This document shows, in pieces, positions 51,661 through 59,575 of a stretch of DNA of 64,000 bases (the stretch's first letter is position 1; each line of letters opens with the position of its first letter). The notes under the pieces are model-generated. The model was not told where the DNA came from, did no database searches, and worked only from the letters and a program-made list of their open reading frames with translations. The DNA is from a virus. The position numbers were made by a program, and so were the translations under genes. The stretch spans positions 40,435 through 104,434 of the IMG/VR virus record IMGVR_UViG_3300021197_001653; one strand, 5' to 3'.

Positions 51661-52053
51661 TTACTTATTAAATATAGAATTGTATAGATTTTCTAAATAC
51701 TCTGGTGTATATTTACCATAATTTGAAAATCTAAAGGTGTTTTTATACCTATTAGTTACTCGTTCTTCAGATACACACCAAAATTTATGTTTATGAGTAT
51801 ATTTGAAAAACACTATATTTTTAATATCAGGGCATCTATATGCTCTAAATTGTTGTGATACTAAGCATTCCATTAATAATGCTTCACTCACACCTTTAAA
51901 TCTATATAATTTAAATAAATCTCCAAAAGTTCTTCTTGCATATATTTTATCATCATTTTTAAAAAGTTTAAATTTAAAATAATCTAAAACTACATTTCTA
52001 GGTCTACTTGGGCATTTATTATTTAAGTCCTTTATTAATTCTTCTTTATTCAT
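51661..52053 (-). CDS. Intron cargo ORF (P9.2-type loop), family A hypothetical
   Basis: 130 aa. RRTFGDL...YRCPDIKNIVF. Almost wholly enclosed by the 13-bp stem. Confidence 0.65.
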   Translation of the reverse strand: MNKEELIKDLNNKCPSRPRNVVLDYFKFKLFKNDDKIYARRTFGDLFKLYRFKGVSEALLMECLVSQQFRAYRCPDIKNIVFFKYTHKHKFWCVSEERVTNRYKNTFRFSNYGKYTPEYLENLYNSIFNK

Positions 52054-52127
52054 TTTTTTCTATATTTAATTGGTTCAGTCATTTCTGCTGAACTCTATAA
52101 TTTATAATAAAAAAATATAAAAATTAA

Positions 52128-52769
52128 TTAATCAACACAATTTAATAACCATGTTTTAATAGTATTACCACTGTTGCTATTTATAGCTGTTTCATGAGAG
52201 TCTGTTAACTCTTCTAACCCAGTATCAACAATACTAAAACGATTATGATTTGTATTTGTAGATAACACTGCCATACAACTAGTGTTCTCTTTAATTAATT
52301 CAAAACAAGTTTTAGATATATGTGTTGTTAATTCACGTCTTTCCTCTGCATTTATAGTATTAAACCTTTGACCAAAGTTATAAATAGATGTAGAAAAAGC
52401 ATTTAAATTATATATTTGATTTACACCACAACTAATCTCTGAACCACTTAAAGATAAACTGGGGCTAGCATTATAATTTCTTCTACCAACATTATATGTG
52501 ATATCAAAATCATATGCACGACCTACATCCATATTAATAACAAGCGCTTCTTTAATAGAATCTAATGTTGGATTAACAACAGGTTCTTCTACTACTTCCT
52601 CAACAATTGCTTGTCTAATTTCTTCAAATAATTTCTTTGAATAAGAAGCTATTTTATTCTTATCATTTTCTATATTATACATATCTCTTGTACTCCCTAA
52701 TATAATATAAGGATTACCTTTTGTTAATGCATAATTTTTAGCATTAATACAAGTTACTTGTTTTGCCAT
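52128..52769 (-). CDS. Intron cargo ORF (L9), family B hypothetical
   Basis: 213 aa. N-terminal CI....LTKG..Y SH3-like module, C-terminal SCGVNQIYNL...NSNSGNTIKTW. Confidence 0.65.
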   Translation of the reverse strand: MAKQVTCINAKNYALTKGNPYIILGSTRDMYNIENDKNKIASYSKKLFEEIRQAIVEEVVEEPVVNPTLDSIKEALVINMDVGRAYDFDITYNVGRRNYNASPSLSLSGSEISCGVNQIYNLNAFSTSIYNFGQRFNTINAEERRELTTHISKTCFELIKENTSCMAVLSTNTNHNRFSIVDTGLEELTDSHETAINSNSGNTIKTWLLNCVD

Positions 52770-52828
52770 TTTAATTAATTTTTTAAATTTTTATTGTTTA
52801 TATTTATAGTTCGGACTGTCTCATCAAC

Positions 52829-53086
52829 CTAACTACACATACATGTATTGTCTCCTCCACATTTACATTCATTAGGTTGCTCATTGTCAGTCTCTACACC
52901 GTTTTGTAATTTTTTTAATATTAAATATTTAATATCCTTAAAAGGAGTATCTTTTTCAATATCCTTTTTTACTAGAGATATTAAATAACCAATATCTTTA
53001 TTATCAATTGACGGCACGGGATTGTCTTTAATTTTGTCATTTTTTATGACACTTTTAACTTGCTCACTATTTTTATCGCTAGTCAT
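52829..53086 (-). CDS. ORF reading through the intron catalytic core (coding status uncertain)
   Basis: 85 aa. ATGA overlap with the upstream stop. Spans P5'/P4'/P6/P7/P8 and stops in the P8 3' strand. Confidence 0.35.
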   Translation of the reverse strand: MTSDKNSEQVKSVIKNDKIKDNPVPSIDNKDIGYLISLVKKDIEKDTPFKDIKYLILKKLQNGVETDNEQPNECKCGGDNTCMCS

Positions 53087-53721
53087 TTTATTCTAGGTAT
53101 TAATAAATTTCTTTGTAATTCTGCATATTTTTCAGATTTACTTACCATTAATTTAATAGTACTTATCGTTAACTTATTTTTAGAAACAGGTTTAAATAAA
53201 TTATTTATATAACCATTTGTATTCAATTTGTCAATAAATTGATTCCAGCTTCTATATGTATAAAAATGATTTAGTCTATTATTTACAGGTACAACATCCA
53301 TACTATTACGAATACTTGAACCACCACTTGAATAATGGGCTAATAAAATAGCATTATATGGTTTCACACCATTATCTATCAAATCAACCATTTTAACTAA
53401 TATTTTCTTTAATGTTCTAGTTCTAACATACCTACATAATTTAAAAAAGATTCTTTGATTTTTATTTTTAAATTTAATTTTACTTTCAAATATAAAACTT
53501 TCTTCTTTAATATTATGCAATTGCATTATTTTATCAAATTTCTTAAATAAAGTAATTAATAAAGTACATTCTTCTTTACTACCTGTAAATTTATGAATAT
53601 GGTGATTTTGATAACCATCACTACAATTCATATACATATGTATACTATATACATTACCACTACGCCATTTATTATTACACGATGATGGTATTCTAGTCAT
53701 TTTTGTTAAACTTGTTGCCAT
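53083..53721 (-). CDS. Intron cargo ORF (L5), hypothetical
   Basis: 212 aa between P5 strands UCUUUAA (53733-53739) and UUAAAGA (53025-53031). Confidence 0.65.
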   Translation of the reverse strand: MATSLTKMTRIPSSCNNKWRSGNVYSIHMYMNCSDGYQNHHIHKFTGSKEECTLLITLFKKFDKIMQLHNIKEESFIFESKIKFKNKNQRIFFKLCRYVRTRTLKKILVKMVDLIDNGVKPYNAILLAHYSSGGSSIRNSMDVVPVNNRLNHFYTYRSWNQFIDKLNTNGYINNLFKPVSKNKLTISTIKLMVSKSEKYAELQRNLLIPRIK

Positions 53722-53759
53722 TTTTTATTTTTTTAAAGAGTTTCCCCGTTAGCTAATAT

Positions 53760-54242
53760 TTATAAATTTAATTGATCATTTCGTATATCAATTAATTGAT
53801 TATACGAAATACCATCCACTCCTACTTTCTCACCAAAGTATTTTTTACTATAATTGGTGATGAAATTTTTTCTACAAGGATTATCCTTACTAAACCCACC
53901 TACAACAACAAACTTATTTACTTGGGTACACCATACTAAATAGCATCTATTATCATGATTTAATTCTGCTACTATTCTGATTACTGCGTCAATAGTTGTT
54001 ATTGGAAACCTACTTCTAACGATAGAAGTTAATTCAGATATAGACCTACTTGATGATCTATTACATTGAATATTACCATTCTTGTGATATGTGTTTGGTC
54101 TTTTTTCTAAAAATTGTCTTAAGAAACTTTTTCTTGTCTTTGTTAATGGAATATCTGTTTCATTAACATAAATTATTTTCGTGATAGTTTTCATTCTTAT
54201 TATTAATATTAACCTCCAAAAATATCTAATAACTTTTTTCAT
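53760..54242 (-). CDS. Intron cargo ORF (between P2 and P3), family A hypothetical
   Basis: 160 aa. QCNRSSSRSISEL...SRFP...VWCTQVNK. Confidence 0.65.
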   Translation of the reverse strand: MKKVIRYFWRLILIIRMKTITKIIYVNETDIPLTKTRKSFLRQFLEKRPNTYHKNGNIQCNRSSSRSISELTSIVRSRFPITTIDAVIRIVAELNHDNRCYLVWCTQVNKFVVVGGFSKDNPCRKNFITNYSKKYFGEKVGVDGISYNQLIDIRNDQLNL

Positions 54243-54271
54243 GTTATTTATTTAAAAGTTAGATTGTTTAT

Positions 54272-55177
54272 TTATTTTTTTATTGATGCATATGCTTCTG
54301 GCATCACACTTCTTTCTGCAAAATTTATAAATGGTTCTACTGCTTCCGATTTTGTTTTAGATAAATCAGCTATAGCTTCTTCCATTAATCTTCCTTTTTT
54401 TTCTTCTTTGGAATTCTGAGTTTTAAGATTATTTTCTTTTGATACTTCTTTTTCTATTTTTTTTTCATTTAATACATGTTCTCCAGGATTAAAATGATAT
54501 ACATTTATTGTATTTTTGGAATTATTATTAACATACGAGTATTGCAATTGAAATCCTAATCTTTCAACAAAATCTTTTGCGGTACTTTGGTTATCTGTAA
54601 TATGTGCAATTTTTGCAGCTCTATCAACATTTAAATGATCAAAGATAATTTTATAATCACTTATTATTAAATTTTTATATCTACAATATACACCACTACT
54701 ATTCTCAAAGTTAAATAATATTTGACAACCACAACAATCTGAATGTGGTGTTTGTTTAAATAAACTTATACCCGGTCCATTATTTTTAAATATTGATAGT
54801 TTACCATTAGAATCTTTTATACGAACAAATGAGGTATCACTAATACTTATTTGACTACTTCGTGAATTTGAATTTGTTACTTTTAAATGTCTTTGATACC
54901 ACGGTTCATTTAATACCATATCATTTTCATTTATTATTCTATTTATTATAACGCCATCAGATAGTTTTAAACCTTCTCGTATATGAAATGCCCATGAATA
55001 TGTATATAATTCAGTTATAGGATGTTTAGAATTAGCAGGCCGACTACCTTTTTTATTATTTTGAAAAAAATAATATAGATTATTTAATTTAATTACATGA
55101 CCTATTGTATATGTGCCATTAATACTTCCTTCTACATGTATCTGATCATTATCTGATAATTTTTCTAGTTCTTTCAT
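54272..55177 (-). CDS. Intron cargo ORF (between P2 and P3), family B hypothetical with GNAT-like C-terminal motif
   Basis: 301 aa. YFFQN..GS...Y.YSW N-terminal module, DCCGCQILFNF, NQ..AKDFVERLGF, NNNSKNTINVY. Confidence 0.65.
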   Translation of the reverse strand: MKELEKLSDNDQIHVEGSINGTYTIGHVIKLNNLYYFFQNNKKGSRPANSKHPITELYTYSWAFHIREGLKLSDGVIINRIINENDMVLNEPWYQRHLKVTNSNSRSSQISISDTSFVRIKDSNGKLSIFKNNGPGISLFKQTPHSDCCGCQILFNFENSSGVYCRYKNLIISDYKIIFDHLNVDRAAKIAHITDNQSTAKDFVERLGFQLQYSYVNNNSKNTINVYHFNPGEHVLNEKKIEKEVSKENNLKTQNSKEEKKGRLMEEAIADLSKTKSEAVEPFINFAERSVMPEAYASIKK

Positions 55178-55227
55178 TTTTTATAATCTTTTTTCCATAT
55201 ATATTACTATATACAGGGGCAAAATCT

Positions 55228-55398
55228 ACCCACTTTACTATTCGCTGTTATAAGATAATATTTACCTTTTTCTATACCAGGTAATTCATTTTCAAATCTT
55301 GGTAAACCCCATGGTATACAATTTACCTTTCCAGATAGAATTCTATTTTTTCTATCTACTAAATTTTCATAAACTCTACTATATAATGTCTTTTTCAT
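55228..55398 (-). CDS. dnaB: Replicative DnaB-like helicase, exon 1 (57 aa, ends at Walker A Gly)
   Basis: MKKTLYSRV...NCIPWGLPRFE..LPGIEKGKYYLITANSKVG. The unspliced frame stops 6 codons into the intron. Confidence 0.9.
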
Positions 55399-55567
55399 AT
55401 ATTTTTTCATACAATATTTTAAGATATTCATTTTGTGCATGAATATCATATTTTCCTTTATTGTTAATAAATTGTGCTTTATTAACTTTTCTTCTACTTA
55501 ACGACGGTATAACTATATATTTTTCAGTATGATATACCGTTTTTATAAATTCTTCTAATGTTAACAT
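55379..55567 (-). CDS. Hypothetical protein
   Basis: 62-aa ORF coupled between the 55.6-kb gene and dnaB. Confidence 0.5.
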   Translation of the reverse strand: MLTLEEFIKTVYHTEKYIVIPSLSRRKVNKAQFINNKGKYDIHAQNEYLKILYEKIYEKDII

Positions 55568-55571
55568 AATA

Positions 55572-56180
55572 TTAATTTATTTGAGATGTCCAATCCTTAC
55601 TATTATCCATACCTATTTCATCTATATATGCTGATAATCTAGAAGATTCTTCTTTATTAATATTTTGTTTAAATATAAAATATTCTGCGTTTTGTAAAAA
55701 TGTTGTATTACTATTAAATTCAAGCAAATATAAATCTGCTGCTTTTAATATATCATTAAAACTATAGCTAGGATTTTCTTTCATCCATCTAGTAAGCTTT
55801 TGCTTACATGTTTTTGGAGTACCCATAGAACCTGCTTTTAGACCTTTCCATTTATGTCTATATTCATCAATTCTATCATCTATTTCCTGGTTTATTACTC
55901 TTTTAGATTTTTTTATAATCTTCTTTTTTTTATTAAAAGATATATCAATATCAGTAATAAGAAATTCTAATAAATCCATAGATTTACTTCTAAGTATTAT
56001 TATTTCTTCTGAATCTTTTTTAATTATTTTGATAAATTTATTTTCTTCTAATTTTTTTATACTTATATTTATATTTCCATTATCTTTCTTCATATAAAGA
56101 TTAATAAGAAATATGAATTCTTCAACTGAAAGTTCAAATTCTTTTAATATATTAAAATTTAATATAAAACTTTCTTTCAT
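55572..56180 (-). CDS. Putative replication initiator / helicase-loader-like protein
   Basis: wHTH-like N-terminus, YR..W, IL.A...Y...LQNA.YFIFK...SRL..Y. Directly upstream of dnaB. Probable start at 56180. Confidence 0.5.
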   Translation of the reverse strand: MKESFILNFNILKEFELSVEEFIFLINLYMKKDNGNINISIKKLEENKFIKIIKKDSEEIIILRSKSMDLLEFLITDIDISFNKKKKIIKKSKRVINQEIDDRIDEYRHKWKGLKAGSMGTPKTCKQKLTRWMKENPSYSFNDILKAADLYLLEFNSNTTFLQNAEYFIFKQNINKEESSRLSAYIDEIGMDNSKDWTSQIN

Positions 56181-56202
56181 GTTGTTATTTATATTTTTAT
56201 GC

Positions 56203-56388
56203 TTAATATAAAGGTTCATCAATATCTTCTTCAAGCGGGACTAGACCTGTTGGTTTACCATCAGCATCTACTTCACAATATTTACACTCTGAAGATTTAA
56301 AATAACCTTTCTTTTGTGAAATAACTTCTTTACTACCAAAGCATTTCGGGCATAATTCTTTATTTTTATTCATATTAAAATATATCAC
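56203..56388 (-). CDS. Small zinc-finger protein (CxxCxG...CxxC)
   Basis: CPKCFGS...CKYC...PTG. Confidence 0.55.
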   Translation of the reverse strand: MIYFNMNKNKELCPKCFGSKEVISQKKGYFKSSECKYCEVDADGKPTGLVPLEEDIDEPLY

Positions 56389-56581
56389 TCATTTTAAGAG
56401 TGAATTTTTCTGACTCAAGTATTTTGAATTCCTTAGTATAGGCTAGTATTTCTTCAATACTAACATCTATATTAAAATATATTTTTATTTTTTGTGAAAC
56501 TAAAAACGGGTTAAGGCTATCACAACTTGAGATTACTAAATTAATAATAAATTTTCTTTCTGAATATGTTATTTTATCCAT
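56375..56581 (-). CDS. Hypothetical protein
   Basis: 68-aa ORF overlapping both neighbours. Confidence 0.5.
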   Translation of the reverse strand: MDKITYSERKFIINLVISSCDSLNPFLVSQKIKIYFNIDVSIEEILAYTKEFKILESEKFTLKMSDIF

Positions 56582-58544
56582 TTACGATTGGATTTATTAA
56601 TTTGTTAGTTTCATTATAATAATAATTATAATGTAAATCATATTCTTTTATTTTGTGAACATTATGTAATTCACATTTATAACCAGCTTCAATATTACTC
56701 TCTCTATCTTTAGGTTCAACTTGCACATCTTCAATACCATACATAAATATGTTTGTTTGAAGAGGGCTTAACAATGCTAATTTAGCAGTGTCAGTCATCA
56801 TATTCTTTTCAAGAGGTGGTAATTTTTTAATTAACTGATTACCTGTTTTAGATATATAGTATCTATTTACTCTACCTAAAGGATTATCTATTATCTTTAT
56901 ACCATTTATAACTCGTTCATATAATTTATTGCGACCTTTTGACTTGTTACCAATACAGAAATCAAATATTCCGTAATTTTTACAATCTTTTCCAAAATTA
57001 TAGTCGCCCTTGAGAGTTAAATGGTTGTTAATAGTATTTTCAATAGGTATACCATTAATAAAATAATTAGCCGCAGCTAATGATACAATTCTTTTACTAT
57101 GGTTTTTATGATAGTCTCTATCTATCTCATAAGCACCTTTAAATTTAACATCACTATCAGATATAACGTTAATATAATTATTAACATCACGCATTATTAA
57201 TTTTTTACATTCTTGTGCTTCCAATGCAATACCTGATAATTTTTCCATTTTTTTACATACTTCATCAACTAAGTGTTTTTCACTTCGTTTAATAATATAT
57301 GCTGCACCATCTGTATTTTCAAATATTGGTTTGCAATACGATGTAGCATCTACTACCCATTCTGTTAACATAGTTAATAATAACTGACCATTGATTGTAA
57401 TAGCTAATTGCCATTTAGGGTCATATAAATAAGCATATTTATCTTTACTCAAACCATATGCACTATTAAGAATAATCTTTAATACATAATTTCTAGGGTC
57501 TGATTTAGGATAAGTCTTTCTTTCTTTATAAAATCCTTCATACTTTTCACTAAATACCTTTTCTGGTATATGTTCTGGATGTAATTTGTTTTTAAATGAT
57601 AAATGAGGGTAATATGAAGCAAAATCCAAATCGTAAATCATATATTCATCGTTAGATTCATATATACCTGGTTTACTAAATGAATGAAGCCCACCTTCAC
57701 CATATTCTCTTTTAACACTTAAATATTCTGTTGAATATTCTAATTTGGTTGAAAAACCTTCACTGTTTTTTTTCCAAACAACATTTTTAAAATAATCTAA
57801 TACTTCTATATTTTGTTTATGCTTAAAGCTAATATATGGAAATATAATATCATTGATTGGTATACGATATCTATCTGTACGCATTTTACGTAGATTTTTA
57901 TAACTTACACCCATATCTTTTGATAAATATTTACCAAATACTTCTTTAGCAATCTTTGTCTCTGAAGCATTAATTAAATTAAGACCTTCTAGATTAGAAT
58001 AGAATTGTCTAATAGCAATGTGTTTAGTACTTAACATAAAAAATTTATGTGTAGCATCTAAATCATTACGACAATAACTTCTTACAACGTCCATCTCTGA
58101 TTCTTTGAGAATACTACCTACTGCATAAGGCAGGTCTTCTATATTGTGCATTCTCATGGCAAATTCAAGCCATTTAAGAGAGGTTCTCTTATTTTTGTTA
58201 TCATAGTGCCATATTCTATACAAATCAAGCTGAGGTATTTTAACTAAATTATCCCATATACTACTATATTCTGCTTCAATAACATTTTGAACTTCCTTAT
58301 AAATATCGTAAGAACTCCAATTTTTATTGTTTTTTAATATAGTATTATGTAATACTGGATAATCAAAGTTAACATTGTTAAAACCTATCAACTGTAACTT
58401 ATCTTGTTCAAGGAACATCCTAAGCTCCTCAATTTCATTCATTCTATCACTAATTTCATATTCAATATACTTATTAGTACTCAAATCTTTAAAACTAGCT
58501 AAGAAAAAATTAGGATACGTTTCTAAATCGTATATATACATCAT
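56574..58544 (-). CDS. Family B DNA polymerase with 3'-5' exonuclease
   Basis: Exo YDLETY, GFN...FD, YCRND. Pol motifs DLDFASYYP, KIILNSAYG, ENTDG, VNNY, KGAYE. Confidence 0.92.
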   Translation of the reverse strand: MMYIYDLETYPNFFLASFKDLSTNKYIEYEISDRMNEIEELRMFLEQDKLQLIGFNNVNFDYPVLHNTILKNNKNWSSYDIYKEVQNVIEAEYSSIWDNLVKIPQLDLYRIWHYDNKNKRTSLKWLEFAMRMHNIEDLPYAVGSILKESEMDVVRSYCRNDLDATHKFFMLSTKHIAIRQFYSNLEGLNLINASETKIAKEVFGKYLSKDMGVSYKNLRKMRTDRYRIPINDIIFPYISFKHKQNIEVLDYFKNVVWKKNSEGFSTKLEYSTEYLSVKREYGEGGLHSFSKPGIYESNDEYMIYDLDFASYYPHLSFKNKLHPEHIPEKVFSEKYEGFYKERKTYPKSDPRNYVLKIILNSAYGLSKDKYAYLYDPKWQLAITINGQLLLTMLTEWVVDATSYCKPIFENTDGAAYIIKRSEKHLVDEVCKKMEKLSGIALEAQECKKLIMRDVNNYINVISDSDVKFKGAYEIDRDYHKNHSKRIVSLAAANYFINGIPIENTINNHLTLKGDYNFGKDCKNYGIFDFCIGNKSKGRNKLYERVINGIKIIDNPLGRVNRYYISKTGNQLIKKLPPLEKNMMTDTAKLALLSPLQTNIFMYGIEDVQVEPKDRESNIEAGYKCELHNVHKIKEYDLHYNYYYNETNKLINPIVNG

Positions 58545-58573
58545 CTTCTTTCTTCATCTTCTATAATTTTAAT

Positions 58574-58605
58574 AAAAAGCATGGGAATACTATGACTCCC
58601 ATGCT
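58574..58605 (-). terminator. Intrinsic terminator upstream of the polymerase gene
   Basis: AGCATGGGA-loop-TCCCATGCT-T-run on the minus strand. Confidence 0.75.
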
Positions 58606-58629
58606 AAAATAAACAATTACTATTGCAAA

Positions 58630-59088
58630 TTACTCTTCCCCATCGGTTGAAGGTTCTTGGCTAGTACCTTCAGGATTTAAAGCATTTGCATAGTGCTGTG
58701 GTAATTCACTAATTTGTGCTATTAAACCAACTAGTTTATTAGCTTCTTGAGTGAATTCTTTCATTTTTTTGTTCTTAGCTTTTTGCATCTCAGCTTCTTG
58801 TTGTTTAATACAACGATCATAAGCTATTTTTGCTACCATTAATGCTTTAGCACCGTCTTTAAAACGTTTAGCTAATGCCTCTTCTTCTTCTTTGTAAACT
58901 TCCTGCATTAATGTAGGAACACTACTAGAATTTAATTGTTTAACAGGTTTAATGTTACCTTCTCCTTGGAAAATAGTACTTAAACCTTCCATTGCTTTAC
59001 TAAAAGCATCTACAATTTTCTTTGTTTCTTTACTTTGATTGTTTTGAGAACTGTTTTCTCCTTGCACATTTTCTTTAACTTCTGACAT
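58630..59088 (-). CDS. Hypothetical coiled-coil protein
   Basis: 152 aa, helical. Confidence 0.6.
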   Translation of the reverse strand: MSEVKENVQGENSSQNNQSKETKKIVDAFSKAMEGLSTIFQGEGNIKPVKQLNSSSVPTLMQEVYKEEEEALAKRFKDGAKALMVAKIAYDRCIKQQEAEMQKAKNKKMKEFTQEANKLVGLIAQISELPQHYANALNPEGTSQEPSTDGEE

Positions 59089-59479
59089 GTTTACTAAATT
59101 TTAAATTATGATTATTAACTGTACTTACTATTGATTTCATTTGAGCTTCAAAACATAATTGTTTAAAGTCAAAATTAAGTTCATCTATACATTCATTGTA
59201 TAAATCTATCTTCGCATTAGAATAATTACCACCATATTGCGATCTATTTAATTCTAATGATTCAATTACACCATCTATTACTAAACATTCAATGTTTTTC
59301 ATATTTATACCTGCGCCACTAGGTTTAAATAAATTATGTTTAGCGTGACGTCTTAATAATGTGTAAAATTCACCTTTTGTTATTTCACTAACATTAAATG
59401 ATAGTCTATTTTTATATGCAAATAAGCATAATGCTGGTATGACTACTCTTAATTCTATTTTAATTGCTTGTTTATTCAT
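59075..59479 (-). CDS. Hypothetical protein
   Basis: 134-aa ORF. Confidence 0.55.
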   Translation of the reverse strand: MNKQAIKIELRVVIPALCLFAYKNRLSFNVSEITKGEFYTLLRRHAKHNLFKPSGAGINMKNIECLVIDGVIESLELNRSQYGGNYSNAKIDLYNECIDELNFDFKQLCFEAQMKSIVSTVNNHNLKFSKHVRS

Positions 59480-59494
59480 TGTTTATTTTTTTAG

Positions 59495-59568
59495 TGGACC
59501 CAGAGAGATTTGAACTCCCGACCCTCTGATTATGAGTCAGATGCTCTAACCAACTGAGCTATGGGTCC
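59495..59568 (-). tRNA. tRNA with CAU anticodon (Ile2-like; elongator Met alternative); CCA not encoded
   Basis: GGACCCA-TAGCTCAGTTGGTTAGAGCA-TCTGA-CTCATAA-TCAGA-GGGTC-GGGAG-TTCAAAT-CTCTC-TGGGTCC-A forms a complete cloverleaf. Confidence 0.93.
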
Positions 59569-59575
59569 TTGATTA

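Larger units (their letters stand above)
51654..55227 (-). mobile_element. Group I self-splicing intron (3,574 nt) in the dnaB Walker A codons, carrying multiple ORFs
   Basis: 5' site GGGU|AGAUUUUGCCC (P1 with U.G). P2 GUAA hairpin 55195-55216. P element AACGGGGAAAC 53740-53750. Q GACAAUCCCGUGCCGU 53011-53026. R GUAGAGACUG 52888-52897. P8 CAACCUAA/UUAGGUUG. S AUGAGACAGUCC 52813-52824. GAAA hairpin 52073-52093. 13-bp stem 52058-52070/51667-51679. Terminal G at 51654. In-frame exon join GGT+AAA ACG (G-K-T). Confidence 0.92.

Noticed and set aside
50706-55449. dnaB as a pseudogene, split gene, intein or assembly artefact
   Set aside because: No intein Cys/His-Asn ends. The exact in-frame join at U|...G|, plus ordered and mutually pairing group I elements across the insert, explain the split better.
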